From Gammaproteobacteria bacterium (GTDB lineage Bacteria > Pseudomonadota > Gammaproteobacteria > GCA-001735895): DNA of 55,702 nt. The notes under the pieces were generated by a model. The model was not told the DNA's origin. It saw nothing but the letters and a program-made list of their open reading frames with translations, and made no database searches. Positions 1 to 9,637 of the stretch are shown here, piece after piece. Location of the stretch: assembly GCA_024763185.1 (NCBI GenBank), contig JANTFY010000001.1:1-55702 (forward strand), given 5' to 3'. The position numbers were made by a program, and so were the translations under genes. How positions within the stretch are numbered: the first letter of the stretch is position 1; each line of letters begins with the position of its first letter.

Positions 1-434
1 CCCGCATCTACTGCAGCAATACTCCCATCCGCCTGAGCCTTATTTCGATCACTCCAGCCACCAGTGACCTGGCCAAAATCGAGCGCATAAAGATCTGTAG
101 TATCGTTAAATGTTAAAAATATATCCCCACCCCAATATGAAAGGCCGCTATCAGTAGTCCAATATTCGAAGAGCTGATGATTATCTCCTCTAATATCAAA
201 CCCTGTTTGAAGGGCGATGGTTAAGTCGTTCGAAGACTCATCATATTTATAAAGCAAGTATTCAGCATCAAAGTATTGCCCCCCATACCCAGGGTTTAAA
301 TAATTTGACCCAGACTGATCTTCGGCACTTAAAAACGACCATCCACTTCCAAGTCCAGAAATGATTTCGGCATTTACAGAAAAGGGCAGCGTACCTAGTA
401 AAATCGCTGTTGCTATAGATATTTTTTTCATCAT
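1..434 (-). CDS. Secreted hypothetical protein. This is the N-terminal part only, because the gene runs off the left edge of the window.
   Basis: My own reverse-strand translation from ATGATG at 434 gives MMKKISIATAILLGTLPFSVNA/EIISGLGSGW... and stays open to position 1. A purine-rich SD (aaggaaag) lies just upstream. It is absent from the ORF track because no stop codon falls inside the window. The N-terminus looks like a classic Sec signal peptide. I recognise no domain. Confidence 0.55.
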   Translation of the reverse strand, partial: MMKKISIATAILLGTLPFSVNAEIISGLGSGWSFLSAEDQSGSNYLNPGYGGQYFDAEYLLYKYDESSNDLTIALQTGFDIRGDNHQLFEYWTTDSGLSYWGGDIFLTFNDTTDLYALDFGQVTGGWSDRNKAQADGSIAAVDA

Positions 435-596
435 ACTTTCCTTTTATACTTCTACCTGCCTAATAAAAAGCAAATTTTATTCAATTTATATAATGTCCCA
501 TGAATTCAACAAGTTACAAATTTCTTTACGGCTTAACAGCCCTTTATTTGTAACCTTTTATTGACAGCTGACGATTGCCTGTAAGATAAACATGAC

Positions 597-1961
597 ATGC
601 CTATCCCTCTAAGTTCCAACGACACTATCTGGAGCGTTTCCGCGCTCAATTTCGAGATCAAAACCATGCTGGAGAAAGGCATCGGTTCGATCTGGATTGA
701 AGGCGAGATATCCAACTTTGCGCGACCGGCTTCCGGGCACTGGTATTTCTCCCTAAAGGATGAGCGAGCGCAGTTACGCGCGGCCATGTTCAAGAATCGC
801 AACGGCCGCGTGGCTTTCACCCCGGAGAACGGACAGCAGGTCCTGATCCGGGCCCAGGTCACATTGTACGAAGCGCGCGGTGATTTCCAGGTCATCGTGG
901 AGCATATGGAAGAAGCCGGCGTTGGCCGCTTGATGCGCGAGTACGAAGCTTTGAAAAAGCAACTCGCCGGTGAAGGTCTGTTTGAGTCATCGAATAAAAA
1001 AACCATCCCCACGCAGGCACGTCATATCGGGATCATCACTTCTTCCAGTGGCGCTGCTATTCGCGACGCACTGAGTGTCATCCGTCGTCGTTCACCCACC
1101 AGCGAGGTCACTGTCTACCCTACGCCGGTACAGGGCGAAACGGCGTCCAGGCAGATAGTGGCAGCCATCGAAAGGGCAAATCAACATCATCAATGTGATG
1201 TATTGCTGTTAATCAGAGGAGGCGGTTCGCTGGAAGACCTGTGGAGTTTTAATGAAGAGATCGTTGCCCGCGCCATCTTTGCGTCAGACATTCCCATTGT
1301 CAGCGGAGTCGGCCATGAAATCGATTTTACCATTGCCGATTTTGTGGCGGACTTGCGCGCGCCCACGCCATCGGTAGCGGCTGAAACGGTTACCATGGAT
1401 CAGTACGAATTGATGACCCAACTGGACCAGATCAGTGCGCGGCTGGTGGCCCAGTTTCAGCGTCAGCTGGCATCCCGCCTGGAACGGTTTACTCAACTGC
1501 AATCCCGATTGATGAGTTTCCATCCACAGCGACAGATGGCAAGCCTCAGGCAACGACTCGATTTTGCCTGTTCCCGCTTGAACCTGCTGAAAACCATGCG
1601 CCTGGAACAGGCCCGTACCCGGTTACATGCCACTTTAGGTCGTTTTCAATTACTCAAACCCACGCTCAAAATTGAGCAATTGAAGCAACAGACCAGTAAC
1701 CTGGATCACTTGCTGCAATCCGTGATGTTGACTCGGTTACAAACCAGCCAGCACCAACTGGGCCTGCTGGCTACCACACTGGACAACCTGAGCCCGCTAA
1801 AAACTCTGGCCCGGGGTTATGCAGCGATCGAAAAAGATCACCAGGTCATCAGCTCGGTTCGACAATTGCAAAGCGATGATGAAATAGGCATCCGGCTCAA
1901 GGATGGCACAACCCGTGCCCGTGTCATTTCAACTCACTTTTCAGAGGAAAGTGGCCAATAG
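597..1961 (+). CDS. xseA: Exodeoxyribonuclease VII large subunit
   Basis: The 454 aa product has an N-terminal OB-fold region (SVSALNFEIKTMLE...IWIEGEISNF..PASGHWYFSLKD) followed by the catalytic region and a long C-terminal coiled-coil, as in XseA. Confidence 0.95.
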   Translation: MPIPLSSNDTIWSVSALNFEIKTMLEKGIGSIWIEGEISNFARPASGHWYFSLKDERAQLRAAMFKNRNGRVAFTPENGQQVLIRAQVTLYEARGDFQVIVEHMEEAGVGRLMREYEALKKQLAGEGLFESSNKKTIPTQARHIGIITSSSGAAIRDALSVIRRRSPTSEVTVYPTPVQGETASRQIVAAIERANQHHQCDVLLLIRGGGSLEDLWSFNEEIVARAIFASDIPIVSGVGHEIDFTIADFVADLRAPTPSVAAETVTMDQYELMTQLDQISARLVAQFQRQLASRLERFTQLQSRLMSFHPQRQMASLRQRLDFACSRLNLLKTMRLEQARTRLHATLGRFQLLKPTLKIEQLKQQTSNLDHLLQSVMLTRLQTSQHQLGLLATTLDNLSPLKTLARGYAAIEKDHQVISSVRQLQSDDEIGIRLKDGTTRARVISTHFSEESGQ

Positions 1962-1979
1962 GTTGCGGATCGGTGAACG

Positions 1980-2657
1980 CTACTCTAACCGCTGTAGTCG
2001 ATAGTTTAATTGTCTCAGCCCGTAATCCTCGCTCAGGCTGAACTCAAAACCCTCTTTCAGGGGCAACACAATCTCCGGTCCCGGGGCTATGGTTTTAACC
2101 TCCCGGATGCTGGCTTGATAACCATCTTCCCCGGTTTTTAGTGTGGAATCCTGACGTTTGCCCAGTTCGCGTGCGATACGCGGGGAATTTTCCAGCCAGA
2201 ATGACCCCAGATCATCCCGGGTAAGGCATTTGTATAAAACTGCATAGTAATTGCCGGGATAAGCAAGTGACGGATTCAAATGGATATTTTCTTCAACCAC
2301 TTTCCCAGCCACTGGAAATGCCTGGAAACGCAAATGCGGCGTAGCAAACAGGATACCGTTACGACTGACGAAGGAACCTTTGATCTGATTGCATTCAAAC
2401 ATCGATTCCGGCCGCGAATAACTGGTTATTTCAGAGTCCAGCTGCGCAGTGCCGGTACCCTGAACGAAGCGACCGTGTTTGATTAAAAACTCCAGGTCCG
2501 TTTGCCAGTGGATATGCAAACCGCCGGCGAGATGTTCGGTACCGAACTCGATACGGTCCTGACCGGAAATAACCAGCTGCCAGCGCCCATCCCTGTCTGC
2601 ATGGGCCACACAAATACCGAGTAATCCAATCAACAGAAATTGCGTCAGCTTATACAT
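1980..2657 (-). CDS. Hypothetical secreted protein
   Basis: The ORF is open over 1980..2669. The likely start is the MYKLTQFLLIGLLGICVAHA signal peptide at 2657. I recognise no family. It converges on xseA. Confidence 0.6.
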   Translation of the reverse strand: MYKLTQFLLIGLLGICVAHADRDGRWQLVISGQDRIEFGTEHLAGGLHIHWQTDLEFLIKHGRFVQGTGTAQLDSEITSYSRPESMFECNQIKGSFVSRNGILFATPHLRFQAFPVAGKVVEENIHLNPSLAYPGNYYAVLYKCLTRDDLGSFWLENSPRIARELGKRQDSTLKTGEDGYQASIREVKTIAPGPEIVLPLKEGFEFSLSEDYGLRQLNYRLQRLE

Positions 2658-2731
2658 AAAAATACCCATCTTGTTGAACGCACCAATTTAGAGCATTTAA
2701 CGCCATTTACACATCGATATCCAGCGCATCC

Positions 2732-2760
2732 ATTCAACTCAACCTGATTGCGGTTATAAT
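2732..2760 (+). promoter_or_regulatory. Candidate sigma70 promoter for gltA
   Basis: A perfect TATAAT lies at 2755-2760, 30 nt upstream of the gltA ATG. The -35 (attcaa, 17-nt spacing) is weak. Confidence 0.3.
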
Positions 2761-2790
2761 GTGCCGCAAAATTAACCGAGGAATGTCCCT

Positions 2791-4086
2791 ATGAGCAAGA
2801 ATACCGTGACCATCACTGACAACCGAAATGGTAACAAAGCTGATTTTGACATCCTGGATCCCAGCATCGGTTCATCCACTATTGATATTCGCAGCCTGCA
2901 TAGTGAATTGGGGTTATTTACCTACGATCCTGGCTTTCAGGCCACAGCCAGCTGTAAAAGTGATATCACCTTTATTGACGGAGACAAGGGTATTCTGCTT
3001 TATCGCGGTTATCCAATAGAACAACTGGCTGAACACAGCAATTATCTGGAAACCAGTTATCTCCTGATGTACGGCGAATTACCAACACAAACTGAATACC
3101 AGGATTTTATCAGTCTGATTAAAAAACATACCATGGTGCACGAAGGCGTGAAGCAATTTTTTGATGGCTTTCACCATGACGCCCACCCCATGGCAATTAT
3201 GGTTGGTGTGGTGGGAGCGCTGTCCGCTTTCTATCATGATTCTCTCGATATTGAAGATCCACGGCACCGGGAAATTTCGGCACACCGTTTACTGGCTAAA
3301 ATGCCGACCATTGCGGCCTACAGTCATCGTCGCGCTCATGGTTTGCCACTGCTTTACCCAAAAAATGAATTCAATTTTATTGAAAACTTCATGTACATGA
3401 TGTTCGGCATGCCCACCGAAGAATATGTACCCAATCCTATAGCCGTTCATGCGATGCGCCTGATTTTTATTCTGCATGCTGATCATGAACAAAATGCCAG
3501 TACCTCAACCGTACGACTCGCCAGTAGTTCGGGCGCAAACCCATTTGCCTGTATTTCCGCAGGAATCGCTTCTTTATGGGGCCCGGCGCATGGCGGCGCC
3601 AATGAGGCCGTTATCAATATGCTGGAAGAAATCAACGATCCCAAAGAAATACCCAAATACGTGGAACGCGCCAAGGATAAGAATGACAGTTATCGCTTGA
3701 TGGGTTTTGGTCATCGCATCTATAAAAACTATGACCCGAGAGCGAAAATCATACGAGAAGCCTGCATAGAATTACTCGATGACCTGAACATCAATAACAC
3801 GCCATTATTCGATGCCGCACGTGAATTAGAACGCATCGCGCTGGAAGATGACTATTTCCTGGAACGCAACCTGTATCCGAATGTCGATTTTTATTCCGGT
3901 ATCATCCTCAAGGCCCTGAATATGCCGCTTAATATGTTTACAGTGATTTTTGCCATGGCCAGAACCGCCGGGTGGATCTCTCAATGGATGGAAATGATGG
4001 AAGATACGGAACAACGCATAGGACGGCCTCGTCAAATCTATACCGGTGCAACTACGCGCGATTATGTAAACCGCTCCCAACGTTAA
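2791..4086 (+). CDS. gltA: Citrate synthase, type II hexameric form
   Basis: The 431 aa product carries [24 protein letters not shown] and [10 protein letters not shown], which are hallmark citrate synthase motifs. Confidence 0.95.
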   Translation: MSKNTVTITDNRNGNKADFDILDPSIGSSTIDIRSLHSELGLFTYDPGFQATASCKSDITFIDGDKGILLYRGYPIEQLAEHSNYLETSYLLMYGELPTQTEYQDFISLIKKHTMVHEGVKQFFDGFHHDAHPMAIMVGVVGALSAFYHDSLDIEDPRHREISAHRLLAKMPTIAAYSHRRAHGLPLLYPKNEFNFIENFMYMMFGMPTEEYVPNPIAVHAMRLIFILHADHEQNASTSTVRLASSSGANPFACISAGIASLWGPAHGGANEAVINMLEEINDPKEIPKYVERAKDKNDSYRLMGFGHRIYKNYDPRAKIIREACIELLDDLNINNTPLFDAARELERIALEDDYFLERNLYPNVDFYSGIILKALNMPLNMFTVIFAMARTAGWISQWMEMMEDTEQRIGRPRQIYTGATTRDYVNRSQR

Positions 4087-4127
4087 ACGTCCGGATACTC
4101 CTACTTGCTTGCTCTGCGTCTTGATTA

Positions 4128-4149
4128 TTAGAATATTCTAATATAGAAT
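4128..4149. promoter_or_regulatory. Overlapping perfect palindromes, a candidate operator upstream of the DUF2892 gene
   Basis: TTAGAATATTCTAA (4128-4141) overlaps ATTCTA-ATA-TAGAAT (4135-4149). That gives three TAGAAT/ATTCTA half-sites, about 40-60 nt upstream of the ATG at 4188. Confidence 0.3.
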
Positions 4150-4187
4150 TGCGCGATATTTTTATCGACTTTTTAAGGAGACTGGTT

Positions 4188-4391
4188 ATGAGTATCGAAC
4201 GAATTGTTTTAGCTGTGGCAGGTTTTTTTGTGTTTGTTAGTGCCGGCCTGGCCCACTACCACCATGAATACTGGCTGTTTTTTACCGCTTTTGTCGGCCT
4301 TAACCTGCTGCAATCCGCATTTACAGGTTTCTGCCCGCTGGCAACCATCCTGAAAAAGCTGGGTAAACAATCCGGAACAGCTTTCGGTTAA
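4188..4391 (+). CDS. DUF2892 (YgaP-like) small inner-membrane protein
   Basis: [24 protein letters not shown]...[19 protein letters not shown] matches the conserved DUF2892 two-TM pattern. An AAGGAG SD lies 7 nt upstream of ATG 4188. The track ORF begins at an upstream TTG (4149). Confidence 0.75.
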   Translation: MSIERIVLAVAGFFVFVSAGLAHYHHEYWLFFTAFVGLNLLQSAFTGFCPLATILKKLGKQSGTAFG

Positions 4392-4414
4392 ACAGCCCGC
4401 TTAACAGCTTACTT

Positions 4415-4442
4415 AAAAAGCCCGCAACTGCGGGCTTTTTTA
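4415..4442 (+). terminator. Rho-independent terminator
   Basis: aaaaagCCCGCaactGCGGGcttttttatt is a GC stem followed by a T-run, 24 nt after the DUF2892 stop. Confidence 0.7.
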
Positions 4443-4490
4443 TTGTCCAAAAGCAGCTAAACTAAAAATACTCTTTTTGGACAAATAAAC

Positions 4491-5438
4491 ATGCTTGATC
4501 AAACCCCGCTTACTACAAAACAAATGCAGCAGGGCATCCACACTGCAATCCAACAAATCGAACAGATTATCGTAGGAAAACCCCGGCAAATAAGGCTGGC
4601 AGTGTGTTGCCTGCTGTCATCCGGGCATTGCCTGATTGAAGACCTGCCCGGCGTAGGCAAAACAACCCTGGCTCATGCCATTGCCACTGTTTTCAATCTT
4701 GATTTCAATCGAATCCAGTTTACCAGCGATCTGTTACCGGCAGATATTCTCGGGGTTTCAATCTTTGATCCGAATAAGCAGCGTTTTACCTTTCATCCAG
4801 GGCCAATCTTCGCCAACTGTGTACTGGCCGATGAACTTAACCGCGCCACTCCCAAAACCCAAAGTGCACTGCTCGAGGCCATGGAAGAGCACCAGGTGAG
4901 TGTAGAAGGCCAGACCCGCCCCCTGCAGGAACCGTTTTTTGTCATAGGCACACAAAACCCATTGGACCAGGCCGGAACCTTCCCGTTACCCGAGTCACAA
5001 CTTGATCGCTTCATGATGAGGATTAACCTCGGTTATCCCGATGAACAGGCCGAGCGCCAGCTCCTGGCCGGTGAAAGTCGACAACACTTGCTTAAGGAAA
5101 CAGCGGCCGTCATCGAGTTGCAGGCCGTCATCGAATTGCAAAAGATGATCCAGAACGTGCACGTATCGGAGTCTTTGCTGGATTATGTTCAGTTACTGAT
5201 TAACGCAACCCGCGATAACAGCCGGTTTGTATTTGGGCTGTCGCCACGCGCCGCTCTTGCGCTTTTAAAGGCGGCGCGTGCCTGGGCTTTTATGCACGAC
5301 CGGGATTATGTCGAGCCGGCGGATGTGAAAGCCGTATTTTCCGCAGTCAGCTGCCACCGCCTGTTGGCCCACGAACGGCATAGTAAAAACGTGCAGGATC
5401 TGGTTGAGGATATCCTCAACACGACACCCATTCCCTAA
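4491..5438 (+). CDS. MoxR-family AAA+ ATPase
   Basis: Walker A is GVGKTT and Walker B is VLADELNRA. The PKTQSALLEAMEE and QNPLDQAGTFPLPESQLDRF motifs are typical of the MoxR/AAA_3 family. Confidence 0.9.
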   Translation: MLDQTPLTTKQMQQGIHTAIQQIEQIIVGKPRQIRLAVCCLLSSGHCLIEDLPGVGKTTLAHAIATVFNLDFNRIQFTSDLLPADILGVSIFDPNKQRFTFHPGPIFANCVLADELNRATPKTQSALLEAMEEHQVSVEGQTRPLQEPFFVIGTQNPLDQAGTFPLPESQLDRFMMRINLGYPDEQAERQLLAGESRQHLLKETAAVIELQAVIELQKMIQNVHVSESLLDYVQLLINATRDNSRFVFGLSPRAALALLKAARAWAFMHDRDYVEPADVKAVFSAVSCHRLLAHERHSKNVQDLVEDILNTTPIP

Positions 5439-5459
5439 AGAACTTACCCGGCTAATGAG

Positions 5460-6461
5460 ATGCTTGCCTCAATAGTGCCAACGGCCATGCGTCGACGAAT
5501 CGACCAGTGGATAGCGCTGCGTAACCCGGCCGCGCGGGATGTTATCCAGTTGCACAATCGCCGTTTGTATATCTTACCCACACGTTTTGGTTATCTGTAT
5601 GCGTTGATGCTGTTTGTGCTGCTGCTGGCTTCCATCAATTACCAGAACAGTATGTCTTATGCGCTCACTTTTCTGTTGACCGCTATCGGCATTATCAGCC
5701 TGTGGCAAACGCATAGAAACCTGCTGGGTTTGAATATCCGCTTAAAAACGCCGGAAGCGGTTTTCCAGGGTGAACAGCTCACCCTTAACTTTGAAATCGA
5801 AAACCCGCAGCAAAACATACGTTATGCCATCGGTGTTCAGTATGACCAGCAAAGCCCGGCCTACAGCCGAGTTGACCCACAGCACAAGGCTAAGCTCGAG
5901 CTGATACTGCCCGCGTTAAAAAGAGGCCTGTACAAACCTGGCGGCATCACCCTTTTCACACGCTACCCGACCGGGTTGTTTCATGCCTGGGGCTGGTTGA
6001 AATTCGATGTACCGATTTTGATCTATCCGCAACCCCGGTTTGACCATCAACTGGAACACATTCTGATGGAGCAACACAGTGGAAAAACCACCGTAGACAT
6101 GGCCGATGGAGATGATTTTGCCGGTCTGCGTGAACACCGCCAGGGTGAATCACTGCGCCATATTTCCTGGAAAGCCTACGCCCAGGGACGCGGTATGCTG
6201 ACAAAAACATTCCAGGGGCACGCCAACCCGTCACTATGGATAAACTGGTCAGACATGTCTGCCAATTCGCTGGAAGGTAAACTGTCGCAAATGACCGCAC
6301 TGGTGATAGAAGCCCAGCAACAGGGACGAAAATTTGGCATGAAACTGCCTGGCATCGATATTGAACAGGACAGCGGCAGTGCCCACCGGGCGCTGTGCCT
6401 GCAACATCTGGCCACGTTTAAACAGAACCAAGAAAATTCAGAACTGTCAGTCAGTGAATAA
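5460..6461 (+). CDS. DUF58 domain protein, the usual MoxR partner
   Basis: Two N-terminal TM segments are followed by the DUF58 signature DGDDFAGLREHRQGESLRHISWKAYAQG. Confidence 0.85.
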   Translation: MLASIVPTAMRRRIDQWIALRNPAARDVIQLHNRRLYILPTRFGYLYALMLFVLLLASINYQNSMSYALTFLLTAIGIISLWQTHRNLLGLNIRLKTPEAVFQGEQLTLNFEIENPQQNIRYAIGVQYDQQSPAYSRVDPQHKAKLELILPALKRGLYKPGGITLFTRYPTGLFHAWGWLKFDVPILIYPQPRFDHQLEHILMEQHSGKTTVDMADGDDFAGLREHRQGESLRHISWKAYAQGRGMLTKTFQGHANPSLWINWSDMSANSLEGKLSQMTALVIEAQQQGRKFGMKLPGIDIEQDSGSAHRALCLQHLATFKQNQENSELSVSE

Positions 6462-6471
6462 CAACCTCCCC

Positions 6472-8454
6472 ATGCATCGTATCGCTGAAGAAACGGCCGA
6501 CAAGCAGGCCATCCTGGCCGTATCATTGAGCTTCGTCGTGGCCATGTTCCCGCATTTTTTCCATCTACCGTTGTGGGTGAGCGGCTTTGCCCTAATGGCC
6601 CTGGCCTGGCGAGGCGCTCAGGCCCGCGGCTGGTTATGGGCCATGCCAAAATGGTTACTGGTCCCCCTGGTGCTGGTTGGCGGTATCAGCGTGTTTGCCC
6701 AATACTGGACAATTGTCGGACGAGAACCCGGCCTTGCCCTGCTCACGGTCATGGCCTCTTTCAAGTTTCTGGAATCCAAAACCCACCGCGATATCCTGAT
6801 CCTGGTATTTTTGTGTTACTTCCTGCTGGCCACGCATTTTCTGTTTGGCCAGACGATTTACATCGCGGTGTATATGTTCATAGCGCTGATCATTATCACG
6901 ACCACCCTGGTCAGTATCAACCAACGTGACGAAAACGTGGTGTTGAGTGATCGTTTAAAAGTGGCGTCGCGCCTCATCGTTTTATCCATTCCCATCATGA
7001 TCATCCTGTTCATTCTGGTGCCGCGCATACCCGGCCCTATCTGGGGCATCACCCAGGAGCAACGCGGGGGTGTCACCGGTTTGAGTGACAGCATGTCACC
7101 CGGGCAAATCAGTGACCTGATAACCAGTAACGAGGTGGCGTTCCGGGTAAAATTCGATACCGATATTCCTTCTCAGGAGCAACTGTACTGGCGAGGTCCG
7201 GTGATGGTTAATTTTAACGGCCGGACCTGGAAACAGGCCAAACACCGGGAACTGAATTCCCTGAACCTGACACAGACCTCCAATCCCAGCCGTTACACGG
7301 TAACCCTGGAACCGCATGGCAAAAACTGGTTGTTCGGACTCGATATTCCGACCCAGATACTGCCAGACAGTTACATGAGCAGCGAATACCAGTTAACCAG
7401 TAACAAGGCAATTAATGACCTCAAACGCTATAGCCTGGAATCGACCCTGCAATACCGACTGGAAGTCAATGAATCCTTTGATTACCTGATGCTGGCCAGC
7501 CAGTTCCCGGATAACAGCAACCCGAAAACCTGGGCCCTGGGTCAACAGTGGGCTGAACAGTTTGATTCGGATTTCAGCATTGTCCAGCAGGCCCTGCAAA
7601 TGTTCCGCAACCAGGACTATGTTTATACGCTGCAACCTCCCCTGCTGGGCCAAAACAGCAGTGACGAATTTCTGTTTTCAACCCGGCGTGGTTTTTGTGA
7701 GCACTATGCCAGTAGTTTTGCCCTGTTGATGCGCGCTGCAGGTATCCCCTCACGCATCGTTACCGGATACCAGGGTGGCGAATACAACGAAGTGGGTGAA
7801 TACCTGATTGTACGCCAGTCGGATGCCCATGCCTGGACCGAAGTCTGGATCGATGATCTCGGCTGGATTCGGGTAGACCCGACGGCAGCCGTTTCACCTG
7901 ATCGTATTGAAAGCGGACTGGACCAGGCCCTTAACGATACCCTCGCCAACTTCAAGATAGGCAAACGTAATCCACTGATCGGACAACTGCTTTATAACTG
8001 GGATAACATTCAACGCAGTTGGAATGAGTGGGTACTGAACTATGACCCGCGTAAACAGGCACGTTTCCTCAACCAACTGGGGCTGGGCATTCAAAGTTGG
8101 GGGGATATGGTGATAGCACTGGTCATCTGCCTGATGCTGATTACCGGCGGGTACTGGATGGTGGGCTGGTACCGGGATCGCCCAGCAAAACCTGCCGAGT
8201 ATGAATTGCTCATTAACCGCCTGTTAAAAAAACTGGCACGTTCCGGCTATCAACGCCAACCTTCCGAATACATGGATGAATTCCTACAGCGAATCAAACA
8301 GGAGCAGCGATACCATGATGAACACTTAGCACAGATATTTCAGGTGTACAACAAGATTAAATATGCGCGTGGCTACCAAAAACCCACTGTTCTGAAACGA
8401 TTTCGACAATTGGTCAACAGCTGGCAACTGAAAGGTGATAATACCCGAAAGTAA
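6472..8454 (+). CDS. Transglutaminase-like membrane protein (TgpA-like: DUF3488 N-terminal TM domain plus transglutaminase core)
   Basis: A multi-TM N-terminus is followed by a canonical Cys-His-Asp core: GFCEHYASSFALLMRAAGIPSRIV...DAHAWTEVW...GWIRVDPT. A C-terminal TM segment follows. I chose the start at ATG 6472, just after the DUF58 stop. The track ORF extends upstream to 6361. Confidence 0.85.
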   Translation: MHRIAEETADKQAILAVSLSFVVAMFPHFFHLPLWVSGFALMALAWRGAQARGWLWAMPKWLLVPLVLVGGISVFAQYWTIVGREPGLALLTVMASFKFLESKTHRDILILVFLCYFLLATHFLFGQTIYIAVYMFIALIIITTTLVSINQRDENVVLSDRLKVASRLIVLSIPIMIILFILVPRIPGPIWGITQEQRGGVTGLSDSMSPGQISDLITSNEVAFRVKFDTDIPSQEQLYWRGPVMVNFNGRTWKQAKHRELNSLNLTQTSNPSRYTVTLEPHGKNWLFGLDIPTQILPDSYMSSEYQLTSNKAINDLKRYSLESTLQYRLEVNESFDYLMLASQFPDNSNPKTWALGQQWAEQFDSDFSIVQQALQMFRNQDYVYTLQPPLLGQNSSDEFLFSTRRGFCEHYASSFALLMRAAGIPSRIVTGYQGGEYNEVGEYLIVRQSDAHAWTEVWIDDLGWIRVDPTAAVSPDRIESGLDQALNDTLANFKIGKRNPLIGQLLYNWDNIQRSWNEWVLNYDPRKQARFLNQLGLGIQSWGDMVIALVICLMLITGGYWMVGWYRDRPAKPAEYELLINRLLKKLARSGYQRQPSEYMDEFLQRIKQEQRYHDEHLAQIFQVYNKIKYARGYQKPTVLKRFRQLVNSWQLKGDNTRK

Positions 8455-8461
8455 AACCGCG

Positions 8462-9637
8462 TTAAGCCAGCCGGTTTTTCATGTGTGTTTTAATGCCGGA
8501 AAAAATCGCCTTGGCCAGCTTATGCTGATGCTTGGATGATCTCAGGCGACGCTCTTCCTTTGGATTGGATATAAACGCCGTTTCAATCAGAATGGATGGC
8601 ATATCCGGAGCTTTTAATACCGCAAAACCAGCCTGTTGAACCTGGTCCTTGTTAAGCTTGCCAACCTTGCCGAGGTGCTTCAACACATCTGAGCCCAGTT
8701 CAAGACTGTCCTGAATGGTGGCTGTCTGGGATAAATCCAGTAAAACCGAAGCAATCAGGTCATCCTTGTCGTCCAGGCTGATACCTCCTATCAGGTCCGA
8801 CGCATTTTCTTTTTTCGCAATCCAGCGTGCTGCTTCCGAGCTGGCCCCGTTCAACGACAGGGCATACACCGAAGCGCCTTCGACTCGAGGGCTTTTGAAG
8901 GCATCAGCATGAAGTGAAACGAACAAATCAGCCTGGTGCTTACGCGCTTTTTCAACACGTTTACGCAACACGACAAATTGATCACCTTCACGTGTTAATA
9001 CAGCTCTGAAACCTGGCGTACGACTGATGACATTTTTCAATTTTTTGGCTACCGCTAACGTCACGTCTTTCTCTCTGGTCCCTTTTTTGCCAATCGCGCC
9101 GGGGTCACGTCCACCATGACCGGGATCGATAGCAATAACGATTTCCTTTTTCTTCTGTGAACGTTGTTGTTGGCTGGTTTTGACCGGGGTGGGACTTAAC
9201 TGGGTTGCATGCATATCGATAACCAGTCGATGCCCTGATTGATCATCCGGCTGCAGCATAAAACTCCTGGGTCGGACCTTATTCTTTAAATCCAGCACCA
9301 CGCGTAAATTATTTGCGTCTCGAACCGAGGAACGAATTCCCTTTAACAAGGTGGTTTCATGCTCATCGGAAACCAGGGCAGCACTTTTACGCACATTTTT
9401 TAAGTCAATCACCACCCGGTTTGGGGATGACAGGGTAAACAGATCGTGTTCTATGCGTCCCGACAGGTCAAAGACTACCCGGGTATGATCATTATTCGAT
9501 TGCGCGACACGTACACTGGTCAGGGCTTTTTTACCTGATGCCAGTGCATGTCGAGAATTCAGGGAAATTGACAGTAACGCACCATAACCGGTGAGTTTTT
9601 TCAAAAAAAGCCTGCGAGCAAGCGTTAATTTATCCAT
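8462..9637 (-). CDS. N-acetylmuramoyl-L-alanine amidase, AmiB/AmiC family, with an AMIN domain
   Basis: The catalytic region is of Amidase_3 type (IAIDPGHGGRDPGA...LFVSLHADA). The N-terminus has a twin-arginine signal (LARRLFLKK...ALA). Its position after nnr-tsaE matches E. coli yjeF-yjeE-amiB. Confidence 0.9.
   Translation of the reverse strand: MDKLTLARRLFLKKLTGYGALLSISLNSRHALASGKKALTSVRVAQSNNDHTRVVFDLSGRIEHDLFTLSSPNRVVIDLKNVRKSAALVSDEHETTLLKGIRSSVRDANNLRVVLDLKNKVRPRSFMLQPDDQSGHRLVIDMHATQLSPTPVKTSQQQRSQKKKEIVIAIDPGHGGRDPGAIGKKGTREKDVTLAVAKKLKNVISRTPGFRAVLTREGDQFVVLRKRVEKARKHQADLFVSLHADAFKSPRVEGASVYALSLNGASSEAARWIAKKENASDLIGGISLDDKDDLIASVLLDLSQTATIQDSLELGSDVLKHLGKVGKLNKDQVQQAGFAVLKAPDMPSILIETAFISNPKEERRLRSSKHQHKLAKAIFSGIKTHMKNRLA

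Noticed and set aside
361-564. A 67-aa plus-strand ORF upstream of xseA
   Set aside because: It overlaps the start and signal peptide of the better-supported minus-strand secreted protein. It also lies in an AT-rich promoter region.
6176-6649. A 157-aa minus-strand ORF across the DUF58/TgpA junction
   Set aside because: It is opposite two motif-supported genes and is Pro/Arg/Ser/Trp-rich. It is a shadow ORF.
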